From positions 622,001-686,000 of the forward strand of contig MU058065.1 in assembly GCA_013265495.1 (NCBI GenBank): a stretch of 64,000 nt of DNA, read 5' to 3'. Of this stretch, positions 25,201 to 38,110 are shown piece after piece. The notes under the pieces are model-generated. The model had not been told where the DNA came from. It ran no database searches and saw only the letters and a program-made list of their open reading frames with translations. The stretch comes from Vicugna vicugna. Taxonomy: Eukaryota. The position numbers and the translations under genes are program-made. Within the stretch, counting starts at the first letter, position 1. Every line of letters begins with the position of its first letter.

Positions 25201-26161
25201 TTCCTTTCTCAATCAAAAACAATCTATTTGTTTATTGTCATGATCTCTTTCAGTGAAATATTTCCTGTTGCTCTAGGCACGTTGCTAAACCCGGAGAATT
25301 CAGTGAAGGAGGTACCCTTTCCTTGTAGCACTCCTATTGATTCTTCCCCATCCCTGCTTTTCCTCTGGGAGATTGTCACAGGCTTTTTATGGTGCTCAGT
25401 TGGGCCTGGCTTCCCCTATCAGCAGGGCGTGGTCCCCAGCTCCCGAAAAAGATGACCATTTCACAGAACGGCAGTTTATTTTTTTCTTAGAATTTTCCTG
25501 TGCATCGGGTGCTCATCCACACTGGACATGACTTTCAAAACAGCAGGAAGAATTCTATCAGGACCAACAGTTTTCTTTTTGCCTAATAAGATGATGATGG
25601 CATCACGAATAAAACACCTCCCTTCCTTCTGGAAATGCAGGCCTCCTGATGGGATTTCCACTTTGCCTCTTCAGCAGTGTGAAATGACCCAGGGAAAGAC
25701 TTAATAAGTGGATGTCAGCCACAGAGTAAGCAGGAAAAATGATAAATGGACCACTGGGCCACCCTATCATGGCGCAGTTTGGCCAAGGACTTTGCATTTG
25801 ATTCTATAGTTTTTTTTTCTGTGTTAAATATGGTCAGGGATTCCCAAGTAGCTTAAGCCTGAGGCTGTTACTTCTAATAATTGAGACTGATGAAAGGTCG
25901 TGGTATTTTTACAGCTTAGCTGTGACATGCAATGTATCACTTTGCTGCTGTCAAAGAAAATATTATACACTTCACTGGCAAAAGGCTGGATCCTGAGTGT
26001 TCCCTCCCCACCCTGTCTCCAACGTATTTGCTTGGGTTTACAGAGAAATCTCACATTTAGAGTGTTCCAGAAAATCGCCTGGTGCTAGAATGAGATCATT
26101 CAGGTATAAAGCAAATGTTTTGGGATCAATAGGAAATTAATTACATGAAGTGATTGACACG

Positions 26162-26181
26162 TTGCCACCAGAGGGGAAGTG
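26162..26181 (+). promoter_or_regulatory. Candidate CTCF binding motif
   Basis: TTGCCACCAGAGGGGAAGTG versus core CCASYAGRKGGC, one mismatch; lies in DNA with no repeat I recognise. Confidence 0.35.
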
Positions 26182-27549
26182 TGACACACAGCCTTGCTCC
26201 TTTGAATACACGCCATAGATACCCTGAGAAAAACTGCTTTTTGTACTGAAATAGGAAGAATCATTCAAATGAAAATCAATTGTTTAGAAAACTATGCATT
26301 AGTGGGATTTTGTGGTGGTGATTTATTTTTTCCTACTTAAGATATTGGTAGTTGCTGAATTTTTCTGTAAGAGTGGGCACCCTGGCCATCAGCACTTGGA
26401 TTTGGTTTTTTTTTTTTTTAATTAGCAAGATTTTTTTTTTTGGAAGAAAGAAGAAAATCTGCAATAAGAATAAGTTATTAATGATCAAGGAAATCGCATA
26501 TAATAAAATTCAGGAAATCTGTCCAAAGAGGTATTCAGAGGAAAATTCATTGTGTCAGTCAAACTTGATGTAACTTGAACTACCTATACAGAAAAACTGA
26601 AAGTATGCGCGCTAAGCCTGTAACCTAAGAACCCTCTCAAAGTCTTAAAGATTCAAGGAAAACTGACAATAAGAATAAAAGTAAAGACAGGTCTATTCTT
26701 TAAAGAGAGAAATACTGAGTTTAATAAATCCTATAATTATTTACTTATAAAAATTAAGACAGACATCATAAATTTTAATTGAAAATAATCAGTACGAGTG
26801 AAAACAAACACTATATAATTAGACATAGAAAGCTGCAATGGAAGCTTCTCAGTACCTGTTACAATGATGGACTCAGATGCGCTGTTGGCTGAATTCTCCT
26901 GAGTCAATCCTAGAGAAACTACAGAAGCTCATGAAAGGCATGGGTAAGGGAGACCAGCAAAAAGCAGACAAACAAAACTGAAACCATGCTGAGAATGAAG
27001 GCGACCAAGAAGCGGGGCCTGTGTGGGGAACACCTTGGTGTGTTGGCAGCCAGAGAGAGTGTAGGGTGGTGGGAGGGAGGTCAGAGAGAAGAGGCTGGAG
27101 GGAAGCCAGTCAGTTCTGTTTCCACCTTTCAGTGCACGACCCTGGCGTAACCGCCACCTGTTCCTCTGCCCTGAGAGATGTCAGGACCGCCCAGGCCACC
27201 CCTGGTGTTGAGCAGTAGGGTTACCATTGATGCGGGTCTGCCTGCTGCCATCTTTGGACATTCACTTCTTCAGGCCTCTTCCTCCAAACCCCAAAACTAG
27301 GTTTATCAGCTAAAGAAGCCTCTTTCCAAACTGCTTATTTAAAATACTTTAACAGTGAATCTATGCCTAAAAGGCTTGTATATCACAATTAACATAATTC
27401 TTGGAGCCTGGCTCTCTCTGCCCTGGGGCACACCCCCTCCTCTCTTCATATGCAAAATGCAGGGGCAGACAAGCACCTAGCCTTTGGGCTTATCCTAATG
27501 CCTATCACCAGAAAGAATAACTGGTACTCCCAGCTACTCAGGTACCAAA

Positions 27550-27862
27550 ACTCCTAAGGGTGAGTGGATAAATAAACAGCGGTCCATTCAGGCAACGGCC
27601 TATTATTCAGCACTAAGAAGAAATGAGCTATCAAGCCATTAAAAGACATGGAGGAAACTTAAATGCATATTGACAAGTGAAAGAAACCAATCTCGAAAAG
27701 CCTGCATACTGAGTGGCTCCAGCTATATGACGTTCTGGAAAAGGCAAAGCTATGGAGCAGTGAAAAGATCAGTGGTTGCCAGGGGTGGCATAGGGGAGCG
27801 ATGAATAGGTGGAGTGCAGTGAAATTTTAGGGCAATGCAAGTATTCTGCACAACACTGCAGA
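27550..27862 (+). mobile_element. L1MC-like 3' UTR, upstream part
   Basis: AAATGAGCTATCAAGCC...AAAAGACATGGAGGAAACTTAAATGCATATT...TTCTGGAAAAGGCAAAGCTATGGAG. Confidence 0.85.
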
Positions 27863-27868
27863 ACACAG

Positions 27869-28015
27869 AATAAGAAGCACAAATAAATATATGTGGGATA
27901 AAAGCAAATATAGTCGAATGTTAGTTGTAGAATTTTGGTGGGCATATGAGTGTTCATTCTGAAATTCTTTCAACTTTCTGTGTGTTGGCAAACTATCATC
28001 ATAAAATGTTGCAGG
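27869..28015 (+). mobile_element. Old L1 (L1ME4/MC4-like) 3' terminus
   Basis: GTGTTCATTCTGAAATTCTTTCAACTTTCTGTGTGTTGGCAAACTATCATCATAAAATGTTG. Confidence 0.65.
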
Positions 28016-28149
28016 CAGAGAGGAAGGACTAACAGAACAGGGCAGAGGGACCATCCCTACCTTTTAGTGTGTGTGTGTGGACCCTGCAATAGGTTGGAAT
28101 CAAAGACATGAACCAAACATAAAGGACTGTTTTATATATTAAACATTTT

Positions 28150-28369
28150 TGTGATTCTTTTAAGATGTACAGTAGGTTACAGCAGAATTGATCCCAAAGT
28201 ACAAAGAGGTCTTATCTGCCCTGGGTTGTCACAGAAGCATAACCTTGTCCACTGTCAACATCTCAAATCAGAGTAGTGCATTTGTCACAACCAATGAACC
28301 TGCAGGGACACATCACCATCATCAGGGGCCATAGTTTACATTAGGGTTCAGTCTTCGTGTTTTACACAT
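28150..28369 (-). mobile_element. L1MC-like 3' terminus (inverted relative to 27550-27862)
   Basis: Minus strand TGAACCCTAATGTAAACTATGG...GATGTGTC...AGGTTCATTGGTTGTGACAAATGCACTACTCTG; compare the uninverted copy at ~37655-37730. Confidence 0.85.
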
Positions 28370-28574
28370 CAGGATATACTTGTCAAAACTTCAGGAATGT
28401 GCATTTAACATTTTACTATACTTGTTTTTATTGCACTTATATTTATCCGTGCTTCTTATTTTTTAAATGAATTTCAAAGTAAGTTGAAGACTTTAGTATA
28501 TGCCATTGAATACATAGCACTAGAATACATATCATCAACCAGAATTCAGTGTTTATTTACAGTTATTCTCTGTT

Positions 28575-30150
28575 CCTTTTCAGGTAATATTTACATACAA
28601 TAAAATATATAAGTCTTTATTTTATTGAACTATAGTCAGTTTACAATGTTTTGTCAATTTCTGGTGTATAGCACAGTGCTTCAGTCATACATGAATATAT
28701 ATATGTATATTCATTTTCATATTCTTTTTCACCATAAGCTACTACAAGGTATCGAATACAGTTCCCTGTTCTCTACAGTACGAACTTGTTTATGAAATAT
28801 ATAAATCTTAAGTGATAATTTGATGACCTCTTAGTAAACAGAACATGACTGTATCTCCAGGGATTTCACTGATATTCCTGCTCAATAAGTCCCCGCCCCA
28901 TGTTCATCATAAATTAGTTTCGCCTGATACAGAACTGCATAAAGATGGAATCTTTGATTGCATTATTTCTTTGTGTAAGACTTCTTTCACTCAGCATACA
29001 ATGTTTGAGGTTCATCTATGTTACTGTGCGTATATATATATTAGTGGTCTATTCTTTTTCATTGCTGAGAAGAGTCCCACTGTAGAAACAGAGCACAATT
29101 TATCTGTTCTCCTATTGCTGGAAATGTAAGCTATTTCCTTTTTTGAGTTATTATGAATCAAGCTGCAAAGAATAATTAGGTGCAAATTTTGGGGGGTTTT
29201 TTTTGACATACATTTCTTTGGAATCACTGGGTCATAAGCTAGGTGTTTGTTTTCTGAAGAAAGTAGAAGAGATTTTTCTAAAATTGTAGCATTTTTACAC
29301 TGCCTTCCACAGTACATGAAAGTTACAGTTACTGTCCATCCTTACCGATGTTTCAAAGTATCCGTTTTGCTTTTAGCTATTTTAGTGGCTGTATGATTTC
29401 ATTATAGTGTAGTCTCAGTTTGAATTTTCTTGATGTCTAATAACAATTAATGCTTTTTCATGGACATATTATCTACTTATATACAATAATTTGTGAAGCA
29501 TATGGGTTAATCTTTCTCAGTTTCTACTGCATAGTTTGTCTTTTTGTGATTGTCTTGCAGGAGTTGGTTTTTATGTTTTGTGTGACTGTGGTTTGTAATA
29601 TATTCTGGTTACCAGACCTAAGGCAAGCATATGAATTGCAAATATTTCTTCACAGCCTACAGCTTACCTCTTCATTTACTTAAAGATATCTTTGGATGAG
29701 TTGAAGATGTTAATTTTTATTAAGTATAATTTATCAAGTTTTTTCTTTCTTGGATTTTGCTTTCTGTGTCTTTTTAAAGAAACCCTTGCCTATCTTCAAG
29801 CCACAAAGTATCTTGTATTTTCTCTTAAAAGCTTTATAGTTTCAGCTTTTATGTTTAGATCTGGGATGCTTCTTCATTAATCCAAACATCCATTAATGTT
29901 TGTGGTGTGTTAGAAGTGAACGTTTACTTTTTGGTTTGACTATCTAGTTGTTCTAGTATCATTTGTTGAAAAAATTTTTCCATTTTCTGTTGGAATTCTT
30001 TGTCACTTTTGTTAAGTATTAAGTTATCATATAGTATGACTCTATTTCTGGGCTGTCTATTTATTTCATTGGCCTAATGGTTGACCCTTTTCCAGGAAAA
30101 TACTATCCATATTACTGAATACTTACAGTAAGTCTTAAAATAATACAAAG
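28575..30150 (-). mobile_element. Old L1 (L1M) ORF2-end / 3' UTR, with a nested younger L1
   Basis: TTTCACTCAGCATACAATGTTTGAGGTTCATC, TCTAGTTGTTCTAGTATCATTTGTTGAAAA, CTATTTCTGGGCTGTCTATT. Confidence 0.8.
28618..28791 (-). mobile_element. Younger 5'-truncated L1 3' end with 18-bp target-site duplication
   Basis: TSD ATAAAATATATAAGTCTT (28600-28617) / ATGAAATATATAAATCTT (28792-28809), two mismatches; L1 endonuclease-type TT/AAGA site. Confidence 0.9.
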
Positions 30151-30359
30151 TAAAAGACTTTTGAGTGAACTGTTAGTTAAAATACGTGTATGGAAAAGTA
30201 ATATGATAATCATGTTCAATTAACATAGATATATCTTACAATTTCAAAGTTGTAGGGGAAATAAAATGGACAAAAGGTGTTAGTGAATAAACCAGAAGAA
30301 AAAACACATCACATACATACAACAAACACTTACACATTATGACCATTTATAATAAAAAA

Positions 30360-30990
30360 AGATCAAGGTAGCACTGCATATATTCCAAAATGGCAGCATT
30401 TTAAGTGATTATATTCAACTTTGATAAAATATACATACAGCTAATTTGGGCAACACATTGGTGTCATTTCACTGGATAAAATATTGGAATACATATATAA
30501 AGACTGAAAAGAAAGTTTTGCCTTTTGATCCAGGTTTGCTTTTAGATCCACCCTTTGAACTCCTTTCCAGATGTGGAGAGCTATTCAGTTATGAAGGTTT
30601 CTTTACGATTTTGGAAAATAGGGAACAATCTAGCTGTTTAAAAATACGGGGATGATTACATCAGAACTGGTACATCAACTAATTTCAAATTTTATTTTGT
30701 CATTAAAAATTCAGACTTTTGAGAAAAGTTCGTAGATATAGGGAAACGCTCCATGTGTGAAAAAGGCAGGATTCAACATGTTTGTATAATGCAAACCTAA
30801 TTTTCTAAAATAAAACATTTTTACATGAAGAGCAAAAAAAAAGTACTGGAAAGAAATATTTCAGGAATTTAACTATTATTTATTTAATATGCAGCACTAC
30901 TAGACAATAAGATTTAAGGTAACTTTTATTGTCTATGTTACATGTTTCTGGTCCTTCTGTGTTCTACAATGGTATTTATGTTTATAATTT
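30360..30990 (+). mobile_element. Highly diverged L1ME-like 3' region
   Basis: GCCTTTTGATCCAG, TTGGAAAATAGGGAACAATCTAGCTGT, AAAAAGTACTGGAAAGAAATA. Confidence 0.55.
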
Positions 30991-31599
30991 GCAAGGAAAA
31001 ACTTAGTTGGGTACATGGGGTCTAGCCTCTTTGTTGGGGCTCTCCTACTCTTCAGTTTGGTTATTTCCAAATAACCAGACCATTCAACCAACCAGAACGC
31101 TCATATCCAGTAACAGATGGATGGTTAACAGTTCTTCCAAACTCCCCGCTGTTTCACTTGACTGCACAGAAGAGCAGAAGCTACTAATGCCCTAGATCTA
31201 CACATTTGTTTCATCTTAACGTAATAATTGTACTATGCTCAGGACCTTGTTGCATAGAGTCAGAATGCATCTATTTATTTAATGCCTACTGTACATAAGC
31301 TGCTATGTGAGATCTTTGGGGGCTCATGCATGAAGTGGGCACAGGTAGAACCAACCACTAGAGCTGCTTTCAGAAGGACCAAGGTGAGAAGCTCCAGCAG
31401 CCCCGGAGCTGCTTCCAGTGTGTTGCGCCCACTCTCTGAGCATCAGTCCACCAGCTGGATCTGAAATTTTCACAGTCTCTTATCGCCAAGCCTAATGCAG
31501 GATATGTCACTGGAGAGAGTAAGAGATAATATGTAATTAAGTGTGCATTGCTTTTAGCAACAAGCATTCACTTCTAATGCCCTATGACCAAAGCAAATA

Positions 31600-33400
31600 G
31601 ACATATATTTCTCATCCTTAATTCATTTTGCATCCATTGACAGACTGCCTTGGTGGATAACCCATATTTTGTCAAATTAGTAACTGGACATATAACTGGG
31701 AGAATGGAAAAATGCATAAATATATCAGAGACTTCCTTGGAACTGGGCTGGTTTCTATGAGATAGATGTTTTTGTGTTTAAAGAATTCAATTGGTATGCC
31801 TCTTTTATAAGCGCAAACATGTGCATTACAGCTATAAATTAAGTAAATATCTTGGGGACAAGTGCCCAGAGGTAGCGGTTTATACTGGGAAAGGTAAACA
31901 AAATCCACTTTGACTAACCTCTTCTCGTCCCATGGAAGATACTAAACCAAAGTAAGACTTGACTATGAAGGGAAAACTGATTTGATTTTTCTGATGCAAA
32001 AAGAAGAAACTCAATTTGACCTTAGTTTTAGTGACTGCATGACAATGAGAACATCAAATCTATGCAGGGTAGATAAAACTAGTGAGGTCTCATTTAGAAC
32101 TTAGCAAACGACTTCCAGTGAAAACATTATTTTATTCTCTAATGCACAATGCAATATATTAGGCAACATGTCCTTGAGTGACTATGTTTGTCAAATTATC
32201 TCATGCAAAATCCATGTATTAAACCCTGTATTAAATCCCTGTGGTTTGAACAGTCAGGCCCCACTCACCATGGGGAGAAACCTGGAGTTATCGCCTTCCT
32301 TGGAATGTTCACACACTCACTTGGTGCTGAGATCTTGGCAAAATCAAAAGGAGTGAACTTCAGCACTGACATTCTTTTGTATTGTCATCTTATTTTCACG
32401 CTGGGGTGGACTTGTTCATTCCTCCTTCAGCCCCTGCTAGAGAACCCCCTGCTCTCCTGATTTTGCAGACAGAGCCTCTCTCCCACTTGGTCATACCATC
32501 TGTCTCCACATTACAGTTTACCCTGCACGAGTACCAGGTAGCAGACGCGATTTTGCCCAATAGCAAGTACAGTGGAAAGTCTTTCACGGGCTCCCCACAA
32601 TCTGTGAACATATGATCCGTCTAGGATAACACGTTGTGCTAAAAATATCCCAGAGAAATGTTCATGTGGTAATAAACATGGAACCTGAATCGAGGGGGAA
32701 TATGTGCTGTGTGTCCCGAGTCTCTGAAATGTGTGTGTCTGTGGCACCAGCATGATGATGGTCTGTCAATGGGAGAAGACAAGATCAGCTAATATTTGTT
32801 TCATTGTTGCAAGTGTTAATGTAGATATAACAGTGTTTGTCCTAAAACCCAAACTGTGAGTTAAATGAGTGGAAATCCAAAAGTGTTTGTCATGAGCTGA
32901 TTAGTTTGATAAACAGAAATCTGTATCATTTCCATGACAAATTCTAACACTGCACATTGACCTTACAAGGAATATCATGGCAAGACTCAGAGAGCTAACC
33001 TATTAAGAGAAAAGACTATGTTTCCCTGTATTTTGGGCTGCATCAATCATCCCTTATTAATCTATACTGTCTTTTTAAGAAAACGTGACAATATTCCTCA
33101 AATGTTAGATGTATAGAGACCCTATGCAGAGTGGTTGTCAGTTTCTGTAGAAAAGGTTTGTGGAGATCTTTAAATACTTCATTTTATCACTGGATACTGG
33201 GAACTGATTTTTGAACTTAGAACTTGTAACCTGCTTTAACTGAGCTGATATTCAATATCTGTTTCTATGCAGTCAGCTAGAACGAGCATTATCTCCACTA
33301 TCTCATAGCATAACATTTCCCCACCTCTTCTTTCGATTGCAGTTTTCTCGGGGATGATACGCAAACTTTGCTGTTTTCTTAGGTTGGTCAAATAACAGTG
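31600..33400 (-). mobile_element. Second degraded hAT Charlie/Buster-type transposase
   Basis: DIEYQL 33259-33242; LKQVTSSKF 33239-33213; DAAQNTGKHS 33044-33015 (cf. DGAAAMTGKHSG); LLPHEH..HRLWGARERL (ORF 32511-32753); WILFTF ~31907-31890; KYGLSTKAV 31669-31643 (cf. EYPxLSxKAV). Confidence 0.62.
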
Positions 33401-33539
33401 TCTGGGTTTGAGTTGCACGATACAGACCTGGATCCAAATCCCGGATCTGCACTTGGTGCAGCCTTTCCGGTTCCTACAGTAATCAAAGTTCTGGACCCTA
33501 GATGGTGTATCTGCTCCCCCAGGTACAGGGGAGCAGTGG

Positions 33540-33710
33540 GATGTCATAGAGCAGTAGCCCCCTGGGGGCAAGAAGGCTAGTGCTCACACATGGTCTCTGC
33601 TCTGTATCTGTGTGGCTTTGAACCACTTATTTAAAATCTTTGTGCCTCACCTATAAAACATGGGGAATAATATGTAATCCATTGGGTTTTTGTGCATTGA
33701 AATGTCTGGT
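33540..33710 (+). mobile_element. MIR SINE
   Basis: TGTGTGGCTTTGAACCACTTATTTAAAATCTTTGTGCCTCACCTATAAAACATGGGGAATAATA core. Confidence 0.6.
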
Positions 33711-34049
33711 TCATAAACTCTCTTATTTGAATTTGTAGGAGGAGTTGGCATACAATTGACACAACCCCTTACCGTCCTTTGATGCACTGTTTTAAGTACA
33801 GATCTAAGACAATATGATCATTTCCTGGTTATCAGAGCATGGTGGCCAAGAGCATGGCAGATGCCTGACTGAATCTGGCCCCACGAGCTGGGCAATGAGA
33901 ACAAGGCACTGGAGTTGAGCCTGCCATGGGAGTGAGAGTAAATCTCCCTCTGGCTGTGGTCTGTTGTGAGGATCAAAGGTCTATTAGATGGTATCTGACA
34001 TAAAGCAAGTGCTCCATAAAGACTGTGGTTCTCACCACATATGAACGCA

Positions 34050-34365
34050 GAGCTGGAGATGCTGCTTCCGCAGGCCTGGTCACTGCTCTTTATTCAGATC
34101 TTCCTCAAATGTCACCCAGGCAGAAAGGAACCTCTGCTCTGGCTCATTCAGATGGAGATTGTATCCTTCCTCTGCCTTCCCTGCATGCTTCTCACACATC
34201 CTTTGCATCACATTTCAATGGAAGTATGTATTTCCAGTTGGACTGTCAGCTACTCAGTGACAAGGGCCTATGTCCTCTTTCAGGTCTTTCAGTGTTGGGC
34301 CCACATTTCTCAAGAAAATAAGTCCACAATAAAGACCAGTTGGATGTAGTTATTACTGAATGGAA
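34050..34365 (+). mobile_element. L2 3' region
   Basis: TTCAGATCTTCCTCAAATGTCACC...TGGACTGTCAGCTACTCAGTGACAAGGGCCTATGTC. Confidence 0.6.
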
Positions 34366-34399
34366 GCAAGGGATATATTCTTGAATTTTCTGCTCTAAA

Positions 34400-34567
34400 A
34401 GCATGTTCTTAACCTGTGATCTGTGGACATGTTTGAGCTAGTGGGTGTTTGTAAACCACCTCACACTGTGCAAAATTCATTGCTTGTGGACTTTCCCAGG
34501 AAAGGGGTCCATAGTTCCCTCAACTTCCCAGGGCAACCTGTGGTCCTGAACAGTCTGGGAACCATTC
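34400..34567 (+). mobile_element. Charlie4z-like MITE
   Basis: GTTCTTAACCTGTGATCTGTGGAC...AGGGGTCCATAG...GGAACCATT with terminal inverted similarity. Confidence 0.6.
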
Positions 34568-36103
34568 ATATAGATGCTCCTTGTACTTTCTCTGTATCAT
34601 TTTCAAAAATCATTGAACCTTTAAAGTGATACTTGCCCTGGATGACATGTTCCTTGGACATTGGCCTCCTTTTATTCTTGCTTCCTCAGTTTTGTCCAGT
34701 ATCTGCTGCCTAAAAAAATACAAGTGCCTTCTGTGAACCTCATAAATGCATTTTCTGCCCACAAGACCACAATGTGGTTGATCAGATTCCTTTAATGAAT
34801 TATTTGCTTCTCATGTCAGTATATAGTCAGTCTTGCCAATTGAGGGGTAATCAATCTTTATGATATCCAGAAAAATCAAATTGACAGGAAGCCATTATCT
34901 GCCTAAGTGATGTAGCCTAGATGTCACCTAGGGTCTCTCCTCTACCTCATCCCACCTCCGAAGAAAGACCTGGCCAAGCAAGTCAAGCAGCAAAACAGAA
35001 GTTTGACTGATTTTTCGAATACACACTATTTTGATTATTTTCTGTTTAAAAGCCATTTGGCCTTTAGTCAGCTATTTAGACCTGTACAAGAATGAGAACA
35101 ACTTGAATCTGTTACTTTAAATGATTAAATATAAGATTTCTGTTATTTGTGTTGTGTCCACTGGAGTGAAGTGTGCATTGATGCAACCGAGAAACCCAAT
35201 AGGCATGCCTTCACAAAATTGATCTTTATTTTGTGCCTTCTGTGGCACAAGGCAGGAAGGACTCCCTGTTTCAGGAAGTCATCCTCTCAGGGACAGGGCA
35301 ATTCTTTCAGCCTTAACGTAGCTTTCAATGGAGTTTTCTCATTCTCATTTTCAACTAGCAGCAGAAAAAGTGAGAAGCAATTCCAGAGCAAGTGTTTTCC
35401 AAGCAAACAAGGCAGAAGGTTCATGTTTTGTTGATGGGAGCTTAGTGACACGGCCACACCTAACTACCAAAAAGCAGGAGGATGTGGTATCCGTGAGTAG
35501 CTGTGCACCCAGATACACCCTATTACTCTAAAAGAAAAGAGCAGATTTTGTTTAACAAGTCACAATTTCCATTGGATGTGCAGAATTGGATTTAGACACA
35601 TGCATCAAAACTGGGCAAAACCAACTGCTTTTGGGACCTGATGAATGAATTCTTTGTTTCTGTTTTTCCTGGAGGTATTCAGTAATCTTGAGTACTGTAA
35701 ATTCAAAATAGTCTCATTGTCTGAGAAGAACGAGAAAGCCACTGAAGGAAATGAACTGAACAGAGGTTTGGGTTCCAGCAGGAGGGACAAAAGAGGGTGA
35801 TCAGGATCCAGAGAGAAGTCAGCGTCACTTGGAGAAGATAAATGACCATGGAAGATCCAGGCTCAAGGTAACAGACAGGATAAGAGGGACTCTGACAGCA
35901 AGCAGCAGGAACACAGGCATGAAGCCCAGGGCGAGGGGCACGTTGCTAGGGCTCCTACAAGATCAGGGAAGGGCAGGCAGGGAACCAAAACTGAGATGCA
36001 GAGCAACTGGCAGAAAATTATGAAAAATTATGCCTGATTGCTGAACCTTGATACATGGCCACCAAGAATAAAGCAAGAGTCCACTTTGTATTACCAGGAT
36101 GGA

Positions 36104-36139
36104 AAAACAAACAAACAAACAAACAAACAAAACAAAAAC
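36104..36139. repeat. (AAAC)n microsatellite
   Basis: AAACAAACAAACAAACAAACAAACAAAACAAAAAC read directly. Confidence 0.9.
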
Positions 36140-36389
36140 CTAGATCAGCTACAAAGGAGTTTCATAAGGTGTAGCCCAGCTAAACATGTAGATTCTTGTT
36201 AGTTCTCATTTCTAGAGGCTTAATAAAGTCCCACAGACCAAGGTAAATTACATCTGCAAGAGTCATTGAAATAAACCCAGCTGCAGGCTTAAGATGCTGG
36301 GAGGGACCGAGGAGCTAACCCCTCTTAGCTTCTTGAATAAAACTGAGTCATATTCTAGCCTCTAGATTGTTTTGAAGAATGAATGATTA

Positions 36390-37870
36390 TTTTTTTAGAC
36401 AGAAGGGCAAAGGTTATACATTACAAGAATAATCCAAGTGAAAAAGATTTCCAGGCAACAAATGGTGCTGGAAAAACTAGAGATTCACATGTGAAAAATG
36501 AAGCTAGACACAGATTTTACACCTTTCATAAAAAAATAACTCAAAAATGGACCACAGACCTAAATTTAAAAAGGAAAACTATAAAACTCTTAGAAGGTAA
36601 CATAGGAGAAAACCTAGATGGCCTTGGGTACAGTGATGACTTTCTAGGTACAACACCAAGGGCATGGCCCATGGAAGAAAGAATGGGTAAACTGGACTGC
36701 ATTACCATTTAAAACTCTGATCTGCAAAAGACAATCTCATGAAAATAAGAAGACAAGGCACAGACTTGGGGAAAATATTTGCAAAAGGTAGAGCTAACGA
36801 AGGACAATTACCCACAATATACAAAGAATTCTTACAACTCAACAAGAAAATTAAAAACCCGATTAAAAAAAAATGGGCCAAAGACCTTAGTAGATTTTAT
36901 CAAAGAACATACACAGATAGCAAATAAGCACAGGAAAAGGTGTTCCATGTCACATGCCATTAGGGAAATGAATATTTAAAAATCAGTGAGAGAGCAGTCT
37001 ACACCTTGGGAATAGTCAAAATCCAAAACACTGACAACACCAAATCCTGGTGAGGATGTAGAGAGAAGGAACTTTCATTCATTGCCGGTGGTGATGCAAA
37101 ATGGCAAAGAAAAGAGTTGGGCGGTTTCTTACAAAACTAAACATACTCTTCCCATACGATCCAGCAATTGTGCTTTTTGGTACTTACCCAAGTGAACTGA
37201 AAATCTATCATTTCCACACAAAAACCTGTACATGAATGTTTATAGCACTCTTATTTACAGTTGCCAAAACTTGGAAGCAACCAGGAAGGTGAGTAGGTGA
37301 GTGGATAAATAACAATGGTACCTGCATACAATGGAACATTATTCAGTGCTAAAAAGACATACGCTATCAAGTCATGAAAAGACACCGAAAAAACAATGCA
37401 CATTACCAGACAAAAGAAATTGATCTGAAAAGGCGACACACTGAATGACTTCATCTACATGACATTCTGGAAAACATAAAACTGTGAATACAGGAAAAAG
37501 ATCAGGGGCTGCCAGGGGTTAGGAGGGAGGAAGGGATGGGTAGGTGGAGCACAGAGGATTTTTTAGGAAACTAAAAATACTCTATTGTACCATCATGGTG
37601 GAGACATTTCATTACACATTTGTCCAGACCCATAGAATGTACAAAGCCAATAGTGAACTGTAATGTAAACCATGGACTTTGGGTGATTATATAGTATCAA
37701 TGTAGGTTCATCAATTGTATCAAATACTCTGGTGAGGAAGTTGAGAATGGAAGAGGCTATGCATATATGGGGGCATGGGGCTTATGGGAAAATCTCTGTT
37801 CCTTTTCTGCAATTGTGCTATGAACCTAAAACTGTTGTCAAAAAATCAAGTCAGTACAAAACTACGAAAA
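36390..37870 (+). mobile_element. L1MC-like ORF2 end and 3' UTR
   Basis: ORF 36383-36712 (KWTTDLNLKRKTIKLLEGNIGENL) is L1 ORF2; 3' UTR ends GTGCTATGAACCTAAAACTG. Confidence 0.92.
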
Positions 37871-37929
37871 AGAAAGATTTCTAAGGAGGGAGACATGACA
37901 GCAGGTGTTGTGGGCTTAGCATGAAAGTC

Positions 37930-38110
37930 AGTGATGGGTACAGAGTTTCAACTGGGAAGATGAAAAAGTTCTGGAGATGGATGCTGGTGCTGGTGGCACA
38001 GCAATGTGAGCATATTTAATGCCAGAGAACTGCACACTTAAAAAAGGGGTAAAATGGAAAATTCTGTGTTATGTTCATTCTTTTCACAATAAAATAATTT
38101 TTAAAAATGT
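37930..38110 (+). mobile_element. L1MB-like 3' terminus
   Basis: ATGGGTACAGAGTTTCAACTGGGAAGATGAAAAAGTTCTGGAGATGGATG...CACAATAAAA. Confidence 0.88.
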
